Positions 1 through 8,954 of a stretch of DNA of 49,567 nucleotides are shown here, piece by piece (position 1 is the stretch's first letter; each line of letters starts with the position of its first letter). The position numbers were made by a program, and so were the translations under genes. Below the pieces are notes generated by a model, which was given only the letters and a program-made list of their open reading frames with translations, was not told the origin of the DNA and ran no database searches. The stretch spans positions 1 through 49,567 of the IMG/VR virus record IMGVR_UViG_3300020045_012053; one strand, 5' to 3'. Source of the DNA: a virus. Its lineage: Duplodnaviria; Caudoviricetes.

Positions 1-265
1 TGAAAACTTGAACTACATTTTGATATAATTGCTCTATTTCTTCGGCTTTTACTTCCGGTGCTGCCTTTTTTATACGCTTTTCTTGACGTGCTTTTTCGAC
101 TTTTTCCTTTTCTCCGCTTAAACATTTCTTTTTAAAGATAAGATTTAAAGGATTTTCTGAATCAATTAATCCGTTTGGAAGAACTGAAATTTTGTTCCTA
201 CTGACGTAAACATTTAAGTATTTCACATCCTTTTGACAGATAGCAGCGAATTCCGCTCGTGTGAG
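1..265 (-). CDS. terS: Inverted N-terminal part of terminase small subunit (HTH, lambda Nu1-like), start missing
   Basis: The minus strand reads LTRAEFAAICQKDVKYLNVYVSRNKISVLPNGLIDSENPLN...EKRIKKAAPEVKAEEIEQLYQNVVQVF with no stop. Its last ~27 codons are the same sequence that opens the + strand frame at 265. Confidence 0.7.
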
Positions 266-346
266 AAAAGCGTATAAAAAAGGCAGCACCGGAAGTAAAA
301 GCCGAAGAAATAGAGCAATTATATCAAAATGTAGTTCAAGTTTTCA
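1..346. repeat. Perfect 83-bp inverted repeat (1-83 / 264-346); fold-back at the left contig end
   Basis: 1-83 (tgaaaacttg...tatacgcttttct) is the exact reverse complement of 264-346 (agaaaagcgtata...caagttttca). Confidence 0.95.
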
Positions 347-774
347 GCAAACCGGAGACAGCACACCAAAAAAAACTACGTGAAAAGCAAAACAATGAGG
401 ACCAAGATTCTGTAAATTGGGACGCTCGAAAAAAGAAAGCGGATGCTTTAAAAGCAGAAAGAGGAGCGGAGTTGGCACAATTGCAAGTTGAAAAAATGAT
501 GGGTAATTTAATGCCTGTCGACTTAGTTGAAATGATTTTAAAAGTAAATATTCAAGATATTTTCAAAACATTTGAGAACGAGTTAATCAATTTAGGTTCT
601 ATTTACTGTGACATTCTTGCAGGAGGAGACCGTGAAAAGTTAGCGGAGATTGTAACTAAATTGAGGTTAAAATTAAGTGAAACTATCAAGAGAATCGAAA
701 GCACTGCTGCTCAAGAGATTGACAACGTTGTTGAAGATTACGCTGAAGTTAGAAACAGAGGAGAACGAAAATAA
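265..774 (+). CDS. terS: Terminase small subunit, C-terminal part (5' end displaced by the fold-back)
   Basis: Open frame from 265 runs into the 472..774 ORF (RKKKADALKAERGAELAQLQVEKMMGNLMPVDLV, like the Nu1 'L..G.L.P...V' segment); lies upstream of a gpA-type terL. Confidence 0.75.
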   Translation, partial: EKRIKKAAPEVKAEEIEQLYQNVVQVFSKPETAHQKKLREKQNNEDQDSVNWDARKKKADALKAERGAELAQLQVEKMMGNLMPVDLVEMILKVNIQDIFKTFENELINLGSIYCDILAGGDREKLAEIVTKLRLKLSETIKRIESTAAQEIDNVVEDYAEVRNRGERK

Positions 775-790
775 TTAAAAACGAAACATT

Positions 791-1207
791 ATGAAACAAC
801 AAACAATTGAAAGACTATCAAAACATTTAATAAAAAATCACGAGATATATTTAGACGATGAAGAATTGGAATCTATTGCTTCGAGTGTTTTGGACGATTT
901 AGTTCAATTCGAAAACGTTGGTTATTTTACAAGAAGACTTGAATTTAATCCAAGAGAAAAAGCATTTCACGACCAATGGTTAGAAGAAAACAAACCTTTA
1001 CGATACGTAAATCACGGAAATGGATTGTTGCAAGATTTATTTTTTGACAGAGACGAAAACAAAAAATTAAAATGTTTTCTTGAAATTAATAAAAGAGACA
1101 GGGAAATAGTTGCGACAGTTATTCAATGGCTTGGAACTAATATAGGATTTAATTTTTTGGAAACTGTTTTAAAAATTGCAGGATATAAAATCGAAAAAAT
1201 AAAGTAA
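791..1207 (+). CDS. Hypothetical phage protein
   Basis: 138-aa ORF with an A-rich leader, in operon context. Confidence 0.75.
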   Translation: MKQQTIERLSKHLIKNHEIYLDDEELESIASSVLDDLVQFENVGYFTRRLEFNPREKAFHDQWLEENKPLRYVNHGNGLLQDLFFDRDENKKLKCFLEINKRDREIVATVIQWLGTNIGFNFLETVLKIAGYKIEKIK

Positions 1208-1210
1208 ACT

Positions 1211-1351
1211 ATGGCACCATCAACAAGAGACCCGGAATTAATAAGACAGCCGAAAGAATTTGATTCAGCTATGCAAGAAGGAAAAATGAAGTGGCAAAAA
1301 TCAAGAAATAAACTTTTGCACTTAACTCCTAAAAAGAAAAAACGAAAATGA
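1211..1351 (+). CDS. Small basic protein, 46 aa (not in ORF track)
   Basis: MAPSTRDPELIRQPKEFDSAMQEGKMKWQKSRNKLLHLTPKKKKRK*; fills the gap and overlaps the next start as ATGA. Confidence 0.6.
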   Translation: MAPSTRDPELIRQPKEFDSAMQEGKMKWQKSRNKLLHLTPKKKKRK

Positions 1352-1593
1352 GAAAAGTTATACACGAATTAAAAATTCATCCGGAATATTATTGGGAAGT
1401 TTTTTTAGGACATAAAACTTTTGAAATACGAAAAAACGACAGAGATTTTCAAACTGGCGATATGGTAATTTTAAAAGAATGGAATCCAATAACCAAACTT
1501 TATACTGGCAATAAATTAGCAAGAAAAATCATTTACGTTTTAAAAGACGTTGAAGGATTAGAAAAGGATTTTATCTTAATGTCAATCGCATAA
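1348..1593 (+). CDS. ASCH/PUA-like domain protein (DUF3850 type)
   Basis: HELKIHPEYY...G.KTFEIRKNDRDFQTGD...L.EW...YTG motif. Confidence 0.85.
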   Translation: MRKVIHELKIHPEYYWEVFLGHKTFEIRKNDRDFQTGDMVILKEWNPITKLYTGNKLARKIIYVLKDVEGLEKDFILMSIA

Positions 1594-1595
1594 TT

Positions 1596-3647
1596 ATGAA
1601 TAGTAAAGAAATTTGGAAAGAAGTTTATGCCGGCATCCATCAAAAAATGTTTGACGTTAATTTAGTAAAAACAAAACCAAGCGACTGGATTGAAAAAAAC
1701 ATTTATTTGCCGGACGGAGTTTCCAGATACAAAGGTCCGTTCAGTTATAATATTTCACCGTACGCGAAAGAAATTGTAAATCGAATTGACTCCGGAGATC
1801 CTTCGCGAGTTGTTGCGATTATGAAATGTGCTCAAATTGGATTAACTCAAGGACTTATTATTCCGGGACTTGCCTATGTAATTTCAGAAGATGCTTATCC
1901 TATGTTATTTATGGCAGGAGATAAAGAACTTGCCAAGACTTCTATTCGTGAACGTTTTGATCCAATTATGCAGTCCTCAGGACTTTCCAGTTTAATCCGT
2001 CCGTCTGTTATTCGTAAACGAAATCAAAAAACAGGAGACACAGATTATTCAAAAGAATATGCTGGAGGACGTTTAACAATTGAAGGAACAAACAACGTTG
2101 ACAAGATGCGACAAATTTCTGTAAAAATCATTTTTGCAGACGATTGGGAAGCAGCACCGCGAAGTGACAAAAAAGAAGGGTCGCTCCGTAAACTTATGGA
2201 AGGACGACAAACTTCATACGGAAATATGGCGAAGACATTTTATGTAAGTACGCCCACAGTAAAACAAACATCAAACATTGAGCAAGTTTACGAACTTGGC
2301 GACCAAAGAAAATGGCATTGGAATTGTCCTCACTGCAATAAATTAATCAATCTTCAATGGAGGGTTGAATTGGAATCCGGACTTTATGCTGGCATAATGT
2401 ACGACCTCGACGACAAACAAAAACTGATAAATAATACAGTTCGATATCGCTGCCAGTTATGTTTAAATGATATATTTGAAACGCAAAAATATGATTTGAA
2501 TTTAAAAGGAACTTGGCTGCCAACCGCTAAACCACAAATTGAAAATTATTACAGTTATCACTTAAATGCTTTAGTAATTCCTCCGGGATTTGTAACTTGG
2601 GTCGATTTAGTAAAAGAGTGGTTAGAAGCGTGTCCGCCGAATGCTCCAGTAAATAAATCAATGCTACAAACGTTCTTGAATATCAGAATGGGTGAAACTT
2701 GGGAAGAAACTGGCGAAACTCCAAAAGTTATGGAGTTGATGCAAAATACACGTGAATACGACCCCGGAATCGTTCCGGACGTAACCTGTGACGAGGACCA
2801 AAATGGAAAAATAATCTTAATCACATTAGCTTGTGATTTAAACGGTATTATGAGCCGTGAGGGTTATGATGTAATCGAAGACGGAAGATTAGATTGGGAA
2901 TTAGTTGCACACGCTTCAAATGGGCAGACTTACAGCGTTGATCAGGGCAGCATTGGAACATTTAGACGCTCGCGAGAATTAAGCTCATACGAGCGCGATA
3001 AAGACGGAGACCGAACGAAATGGACGTATGCACACAATCAGGCAAATTCTATTTGGCCGGAGTTTGAAAAATTAATGCGTAAAGAATGGAAAACTGAATC
3101 CGGATCAGTTATGACGGTAGGGCTTACCGTTGTAGATACGGGTTACTTTACAAAGTTAGCGAAGCAGTTTATTGAATCGTTTGACGACTGCTTGATAGTA
3201 GGTGTCAAAGGTAAAGCAGAAGCAGACTACAGAAAACTTTCCAAAGATACTCCTTACATAAGTCGTTCACGTGAATCACGAAATTTATACTTAGTAGAAG
3301 TAAACCAAGTAAAGGATATTTTAGCTGAAAATATGAAATTAAGATCCGGACAAGACGACAGTCAGCCGGAAGGCTTTATGAATTTTCCGCAGCCACAAAA
3401 TGGAAAATACACAATGAAAGGCTATTTTATCCACTACGAAGGCGAACGCAGAACAGAGGTAATGAAGAACGACGAAGTAATTGGTTTTAATTGGGAAAAG
3501 AAAAATTCGCAGAGTATCAATCACTTTTGGGACGTTAGAGTTTACAATATTGCCGCTCGTGAGATATACTTGGACTTTATAAAACAAGCCGACCCCAGAA
3601 TAAAAAGTCTAAACTGGAGCGACTTTGTAGACATGGTTTTGAATTAG
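1596..3647 (+). CDS. terL: Terminase large subunit, lambda gpA family
   Basis: MKCAQIGLT (gpA Walker A variant), IIFADD, VSTPT, CPHC zinc motif, C-terminal NHFWDVRVY. Confidence 0.95.
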   Translation: MNSKEIWKEVYAGIHQKMFDVNLVKTKPSDWIEKNIYLPDGVSRYKGPFSYNISPYAKEIVNRIDSGDPSRVVAIMKCAQIGLTQGLIIPGLAYVISEDAYPMLFMAGDKELAKTSIRERFDPIMQSSGLSSLIRPSVIRKRNQKTGDTDYSKEYAGGRLTIEGTNNVDKMRQISVKIIFADDWEAAPRSDKKEGSLRKLMEGRQTSYGNMAKTFYVSTPTVKQTSNIEQVYELGDQRKWHWNCPHCNKLINLQWRVELESGLYAGIMYDLDDKQKLINNTVRYRCQLCLNDIFETQKYDLNLKGTWLPTAKPQIENYYSYHLNALVIPPGFVTWVDLVKEWLEACPPNAPVNKSMLQTFLNIRMGETWEETGETPKVMELMQNTREYDPGIVPDVTCDEDQNGKIILITLACDLNGIMSREGYDVIEDGRLDWELVAHASNGQTYSVDQGSIGTFRRSRELSSYERDKDGDRTKWTYAHNQANSIWPEFEKLMRKEWKTESGSVMTVGLTVVDTGYFTKLAKQFIESFDDCLIVGVKGKAEADYRKLSKDTPYISRSRESRNLYLVEVNQVKDILAENMKLRSGQDDSQPEGFMNFPQPQNGKYTMKGYFIHYEGERRTEVMKNDEVIGFNWEKKNSQSINHFWDVRVYNIAAREIYLDFIKQADPRIKSLNWSDFVDMVLN

Positions 3648-3829
3648 AAATTATAATGTTCTTTGCAGTACTGAATCACTTCATCCGTTTCTTTACCAAA
3701 AGCAGGCATATCACCGATAAGAGATTTAATAATTTCTTTTGTTCTGTGATCTGAAGCAGGTTTGCCGAATGCAACTTCGTACCATTTTAAAGTTGCTTTA
3801 ATAAGACCGATAACTTTTTTAGTATTCAT
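3644..3829 (-). CDS. Hypothetical protein, 61 aa
   Basis: Second gene of a small antisense operon inserted after terL; its stop overlaps the terL stop. Confidence 0.65.
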   Translation of the reverse strand: MNTKKVIGLIKATLKWYEVAFGKPASDHRTKEIIKSLIGDMPAFGKETDEVIQYCKEHYNF

Positions 3830-3844
3830 AGCTTTATATATTAT

Positions 3845-3866
3845 GGACAGCTCGAAAGAGCTGTCC
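3845..3866. terminator. 9-bp GC-rich hairpin (terminator or mRNA-stabilising stem)
   Basis: GGACAGCTC-GAAA-GAGCTGTCC between the two minus-strand genes; weak U-tract. Confidence 0.5.
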
Positions 3867-3876
3867 TTGGTTAAAT

Positions 3877-4239
3877 TTATCCTTCTGATTCTTCGTCGCT
3901 GTATTCCATTTCTCCGATGTAAGTGTATAATGTAGTTTCTACATTTTTGATCGTTTTCAAAGAAATTAAAAACTCAACTCCTCTTTCTCTTTCCATTCTT
4001 GTTGGCCTTGTTGCAGCACCTAACTGAGCTTTGATGGTTTTTTGCATTGCGTCCATTTCTCTTTCTGGAAATGCTTTAACTAAACCTTTTAAAAGCATTT
4101 CTTGAGTTTGAGGTTTTTTCTTAATCAAATCTAAGATTGTTTGAATAACTCCTGATCTTTTCTCGTTTGGGTTTTTAGCGTTTTTGTTAACGTTTGAACG
4201 AATTTGATCTTTTACGATAATTTTTTTAGTTGATTTCAT
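3877..4239 (-). CDS. Winged-helix-like DNA-binding protein, paralogue 1
   Basis: Shares the GVI.TIL..IK..P.T...L...FPERE..AM..T..AQ.G....P.RME.E..V.F.I domain with 39257..39949 and 45130..45753. Confidence 0.75.
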   Translation of the reverse strand: MKSTKKIIVKDQIRSNVNKNAKNPNEKRSGVIQTILDLIKKKPQTQEMLLKGLVKAFPEREMDAMQKTIKAQLGAATRPTRMERERGVEFLISLKTIKNVETTLYTYIGEMEYSDEESEG

Positions 4240-4276
4240 AATACATAAATTTTAGTTGTTCGCTTTATTGCTGAGA

Positions 4277-4339
4277 CAAATATACGACCTGATTTCGAAT
4301 GGACAAGTCCAGATCGTAATTTTAACAAAATTTTAACAT
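4277..4339 (-). promoter_or_regulatory. Boxed promoter 1: TGTTAAA-N4-TGTTAAA box + TTG (-33) + TATATTTG (-7); GGACAAGTCC over the -33 element
   Basis: Box 4321-4339, CAA 4304-4306, CAAATATA 4277-4284; 19-nt spacer typical of Bacteroidota sigmaA promoters. Confidence 0.8.
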
Positions 4340-4365
4340 ATTGATATTTTATAAAAAATTTATTG

Positions 4366-4403
4366 TTGAAGATTTTTTTGTCTATATAATATTATTATAT
4401 TTG
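4366..4403 (+). promoter_or_regulatory. Putative late promoter for the head operon
   Basis: TATATTTG at 4396-4403 preceded by TTGAAGATTTTTTT, similar to the sites at 11205-11242 and 17458-17496. Confidence 0.55.
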
Positions 4404-4407
4404 TCCT

Positions 4408-4716
4408 ATGAGTTTTTCCACATACACCATCGCAGAATATATCAGTAGTAAAGATAGCATTAAAGCTAAGATCTTAGCTATTGACGTTCTTATAGATAGT
4501 ATGTTTACAGCAGCAGCAGAAGCCATCTCAGGCGCAGGCGCTGGAGTTAGTCAGTACTCCTTAGATGATGGACAGGTAAAAATCAATACTACTTATAGAA
4601 GCGTTCAAGAAGTACAGGCAGGAATTCAATCACTTGAAACTCTTAAACAAATGTATGTTTCGCGATTAACGGGTCGCGTTACTGTTTTAAGGGATGAAAA
4701 ATCATTAAGAAGATGA
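4408..4716 (+). CDS. Head completion/adaptor protein (lambda gpW-like)
   Basis: Helix-hairpin-helix pattern (QYSLDDGQVKINTTYRS); sits between terL and portal. Confidence 0.7.
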   Translation: MSFSTYTIAEYISSKDSIKAKILAIDVLIDSMFTAAAEAISGAGAGVSQYSLDDGQVKINTTYRSVQEVQAGIQSLETLKQMYVSRLTGRVTVLRDEKSLRR

Positions 4717-6335
4717 ACATATTTAGTTTTTTAAATAAGAAAGAAAAAGCAGTTGTCGTTCAAGACGTTCCAGCGGTGCAGCCAGTTTCTGCAATTAGCT
4801 CCGGAGTTTCAAGTCCTTGGTACGGTATCCGGACAGAGTCTTTCGATGGAGAAAAAACACCCGGCGAAATGGGTAATGTCATTAATTTAGTTCCAGAGCA
4901 TCACTCTTTAAGGCTTCGCGCTTTTGAAGCAGAATTAAAAAGCGATGTCGTAAAAATTATCACAGGAAAATTCTTTAAATGGGTAATAGGTTCCGGGCTT
5001 AAACTTCAAGTCGAGCCAAATGAAAAAGTTTTAGCTTCGGAAGGAATTTCGGAAAACCTTATTGACTTTAGAAATTTAGCAGAAGCAAGATTCAACATTT
5101 ATTCTGCAAGCAAAAAAAGCGACTTCTCTAATATGTCTAATTTGCACGAAAAAGCAAATGAAGCGTATAAGACTGCATTTATAGGAGGAGATTGTTTAGT
5201 CGTTCTTCGAGTTTTAAAAGGCAATATAAACGTTCAAGTTATAGACGGACAAGAAGTGTCCAGTCCTTTCTTTGATAATAAATATCACGATGAAGCAAAA
5301 GCGAGAGGAAACAAAATTAGACACGGAATTGAACTTGCTCCAAACGGAGAACACGTTGCTTTCTTTGTCGCAAAAGATACAGATGATTTAATAACGGACT
5401 ACGTTAGAATCGAAGCTAAATCTGCTACAACTGGTCGATTAATGTGTTGGATGGTTTACGGCTCCAAACATAGAATCAATCATCACAGAGGTATTCCGCA
5501 AATCACAGCTATTTTGGAAAAAGTTGAAAAGTTGGATAGATATACCGAAGCCTCTGTTGGTGGAGCAGAAGAAAGAGCGAAAATTGCTTATGCTGTTGAA
5601 CATTCAAGATTTTCAAACGGAGAAAATCCAATCTTAGGAAACATTAAAAAGAATTTAGGTGTAGCAACTGAAGACGACCCTCATTTACTTGGTGAAGCGT
5701 TGTCTAAAAATATTGCTTCAACAACTGGAAAACAGACTTTCAATATGCCTGTTGGTTCCAAATTAGCGTCATTAGCGAGCAGTTTAGAGAATCAGTATCC
5801 TGCATTTTTTGAAGCAGTTTTCGTTCAACTCTGTGCTGCTTGTGATATCCCTCCTGAGGTTGCTTTACAGAAATACTCTTCCAATTATAGTGCATCAAGA
5901 GCAGCTATAAACGGATGGGGTTATATTGTTGATATTTACAGAAAAGATTTCGCAAATAATTTTTATAAGAATTTTTACAATCTTTGGCTTGAAATTGAAA
6001 TATTGAAAAACAAAATTCCTGCTCCGGGATATTTGCAAGCATTAAAAGAAGACAATTATATGGCGCTTGAATCATATAATAACTGTAAATTTACTGGAGT
6101 TAATATGCCGCATATTGATCCGTTAAAAGAAGTAAAAGCCATTCGCGAAATGCTTGGAGACCCATTATCTGGAAAAGCTCCTTTAATTAGCCACGACAGA
6201 GCTTCGGAGCAATTAAACCAAGGAGAGTGGTCAGAGAACTTTATTAAGTACAAAGAAGAACAAAAAATAATCGGACCAATACCAAGTCCGGAAACACCGA
6301 AAGAAAATGAAAGTAACATCAAAGTTAAAAAATAA
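4713..6335 (+). CDS. Portal protein, lambda gpB family
   Basis: RGIP, SSNYSASRAA and HIDPLKEV motifs. Confidence 0.93.
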   Translation: MNIFSFLNKKEKAVVVQDVPAVQPVSAISSGVSSPWYGIRTESFDGEKTPGEMGNVINLVPEHHSLRLRAFEAELKSDVVKIITGKFFKWVIGSGLKLQVEPNEKVLASEGISENLIDFRNLAEARFNIYSASKKSDFSNMSNLHEKANEAYKTAFIGGDCLVVLRVLKGNINVQVIDGQEVSSPFFDNKYHDEAKARGNKIRHGIELAPNGEHVAFFVAKDTDDLITDYVRIEAKSATTGRLMCWMVYGSKHRINHHRGIPQITAILEKVEKLDRYTEASVGGAEERAKIAYAVEHSRFSNGENPILGNIKKNLGVATEDDPHLLGEALSKNIASTTGKQTFNMPVGSKLASLASSLENQYPAFFEAVFVQLCAACDIPPEVALQKYSSNYSASRAAINGWGYIVDIYRKDFANNFYKNFYNLWLEIEILKNKIPAPGYLQALKEDNYMALESYNNCKFTGVNMPHIDPLKEVKAIREMLGDPLSGKAPLISHDRASEQLNQGEWSENFIKYKEEQKIIGPIPSPETPKENESNIKVKK

Positions 6336-6654
6336 TTCTTCTCCTTGGTCTATTAATTTAAGACCAAAAGTTAACGATGTCGTTTCTATCGGAGGTAATT
6401 ATTTTCAAAACACGTCCGGAAAAAATTCTGATCCGACTTCTGTTCAAACAGACTGGACTTTTGTAGGAAAAGAAGATTCTTTACCGAAAACTTTTGTAAA
6501 ATACGGACAAAGAATTGTCTTTAAAATTGAAGCAAATACAAACAATTCTCTTCAAGAAGTTGGAGATTTTTGCCAAGGATTTGTCGAAGGTCAGTTTATT
6601 AGTGCTGATTATTTAGGTCCAGACGAAGAACTTCTAACGTCTTATGATATTTAA
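6307..6654 (+). CDS. Small protein with CBM5/12-like N-terminal motif
   Basis: W....K.NDVV..GG.YF.......P.....DW..VG pattern. Confidence 0.55.
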   Translation: MKVTSKLKNNSSPWSINLRPKVNDVVSIGGNYFQNTSGKNSDPTSVQTDWTFVGKEDSLPKTFVKYGQRIVFKIEANTNNSLQEVGDFCQGFVEGQFISADYLGPDEELLTSYDI

Positions 6655-6673
6655 CCAATTAATTAATATAAAA

Positions 6674-8953
6674 ATGAAAAAAATTCTCTTATTAACGCTC
6701 GTTTTTTTGCAGACCTTTATGTTTGCGCAAACCACTCCTTCATATAAGAATGTGAAGTTGACTCAACTTCCAATTGGAAACACTCACGACAGCGTTGTCT
6801 TAACAAACGGGTCGACAAAGTTGCTGAAATTCATTCCTATGTCTCAAATAAAGACACCTACGAATTTAACTTATACAGCAAATCCAACTGGCGGAACAAT
6901 TTTTTCAAGCTCCGGAAACGATGCTGTTTTACCATTAGCAACCACCTCAGACGCTGGATTATTGTCTCCTACGGACAAGACAAATATAAACGGAGTTCAA
7001 GGGCAATTTGATACAGTTAATACCGAATTAGATATTGTAAAAAGCCAGATAAACCCTAATACGTATGTGGTTTATGATGCTGGGTATAGTCAAAATATTC
7101 AAAATATAACTATTAATACAGGATGGCAATGGAAAATCAACAATATTAATAAAACCAATGCTTCTCCAGTAGTAATAAATATTCCGTTGGCAACAACTGG
7201 ATATCAAAGGATTGATTTAATTGTTTTAAACGCTTCCAATACAGCGGTTCGAGTTGCTGGAACCGAAACAAACGGAACTCCCGTTTCTCCTGCTGTTCCA
7301 TTAAATACAATTCAAATTTTATTTATTACAACGGATTCGACAGTTTCAACCCCTGTAATACCTAAACCAAGATATCCAGTTACTCAATTTTTAAGGGACG
7401 GAATAACGGATTATTCGCCAAGCGAAAATATTGTTTATGATGCCTTGGTTTTAAAAAAGAATATAGCGACAGGAAACAATTATAAATGGGAAACCACAGG
7501 CGCGACAGGTAGTCTTCAAGAAACTACTGTGACAGCAAATAGAGCAGTTTTAACCGATGCTAATGGCTTACCAGTAGCGAGCGCCACGACTGCGACTGAA
7601 TTAGGATATGTCAACGGAGTCACAAGTGGAATTCAAGCGCAATTAAACACTAAATTATCTTCTTTTGGTTCAATCACTACAAATTACATTCCAAAATTAA
7701 CAGATGTCAATGTGTTTGGCAATAGCACGATAAAAGAAGTTGGAACTCAACTTCTAATTGATAATTCTGAACTTTTCCCTAATTCAAGTTATGATATAAT
7801 TTTAGGAAAAAATAAATCAAGAATTTTAGGAGTTGACGACAGCAATAGTAATGAGCCGGGTGTTGACTTCTCAGTTACTGCCGGACGAACGATTAATTAT
7901 GCAAAATCAAACTCATTTGTTGCTTTAGGTCAAACGTCAAGAGATTGGAATTCAATAGCAGTCAATCCTAATAATGGTGATGTTTATGCAGGAGGAAACA
8001 ATCTTGAAATCTATGTAATGTCGGCAGGTTCCGGAAACTTCAATAGCGTGTCTTCAACTGTAGGTGGTTTGACAGCTCTTTCAATAAATACCAGTACAAA
8101 TAGCGTTTATTATACAATTGGTTATTATTATACAGGAGACATATATAAAAGAACCGGAGGCATAGGGTCGTTCGCAGGCATAGGAGCTTCTGTTATAGGA
8201 AGAACAGCAATTTCTATTAATTCTACAAGTGGTGATATCTATTACGCATCAGGAGACCAATGGATGCCACAACCCGGAAATTTATATAAACTTGTAGGCG
8301 GTACAGGAGCTCCTGTGGCTATTTCCGGAGGAGGTACTCGATATTGGGCAGATATGTCTGTTAATTCATCGAATGGAGATGTCTATGCTTGTGCGTCAGG
8401 TAATGATATCTATAAACTGACAGCTGGAACAGGTGATTTTGCGCCACTTTCAGTCGGAAATTTAAACTGGTCTGGAATCTCAACGAATCCGACTAATAAT
8501 GATGTCTATGCTTGTGTAGAGGGCGGTAATATCTATAAACAGACAGCAGGAACAGGAGCTTTTGTATCACTGTCGCAGACGGTAAGAGCTTGGACAAGTA
8601 TAGCTATTAATTCGACCACCGGTGACGTTTATGCCACGACAAGAAATGGAGACATTTATAAGCAAACAAATAATGCGTTAGGTACGGCAGACCTTAATGG
8701 AGGAACTTTAAAATTGTTTTCCGGAACAGGGAAAGGAACCGGTAGTTCTGATTTAGAAATTTGGACTGGTCAAAAAACAACGTCAGGAACTGATATGCAG
8801 GTATTGACCAAGCGTTTAAAAATTGATAATGAAGGACATATCACAGCTACAACGATGCCGGTATATGCAGACAATGCGGCAGCCTTATCAGGAGGGCTTA
8901 CAACTGGTAAATTCTACCGAACATCTACAGGAACTTTAATGATAGTCTATTAA
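6674..8953 (+). CDS. Signal-peptide-bearing fibre/adhesin-like protein with beta-propeller
   Basis: Likely start is M11 (MKKILLLTLVFLQTFMFA/Q, Sec signal). Fibre-type segments (LPLATTSDAGLLSPTDK; ELGYVNGVTSGIQAQLNTK); about six ~42-aa W..I.vN..NGDVYA....GDIYK repeats; C-terminal PVYADNAAA..GGL..G.FYRT..G.L.IV motif. Confidence 0.75.
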   Translation: MKKILLLTLVFLQTFMFAQTTPSYKNVKLTQLPIGNTHDSVVLTNGSTKLLKFIPMSQIKTPTNLTYTANPTGGTIFSSSGNDAVLPLATTSDAGLLSPTDKTNINGVQGQFDTVNTELDIVKSQINPNTYVVYDAGYSQNIQNITINTGWQWKINNINKTNASPVVINIPLATTGYQRIDLIVLNASNTAVRVAGTETNGTPVSPAVPLNTIQILFITTDSTVSTPVIPKPRYPVTQFLRDGITDYSPSENIVYDALVLKKNIATGNNYKWETTGATGSLQETTVTANRAVLTDANGLPVASATTATELGYVNGVTSGIQAQLNTKLSSFGSITTNYIPKLTDVNVFGNSTIKEVGTQLLIDNSELFPNSSYDIILGKNKSRILGVDDSNSNEPGVDFSVTAGRTINYAKSNSFVALGQTSRDWNSIAVNPNNGDVYAGGNNLEIYVMSAGSGNFNSVSSTVGGLTALSINTSTNSVYYTIGYYYTGDIYKRTGGIGSFAGIGASVIGRTAISINSTSGDIYYASGDQWMPQPGNLYKLVGGTGAPVAISGGGTRYWADMSVNSSNGDVYACASGNDIYKLTAGTGDFAPLSVGNLNWSGISTNPTNNDVYACVEGGNIYKQTAGTGAFVSLSQTVRAWTSIAINSTTGDVYATTRNGDIYKQTNNALGTADLNGGTLKLFSGTGKGTGSSDLEIWTGQKTTSGTDMQVLTKRLKIDNEGHITATTMPVYADNAAALSGGLTTGKFYRTSTGTLMIVY

Positions 8954-8954
8954 T

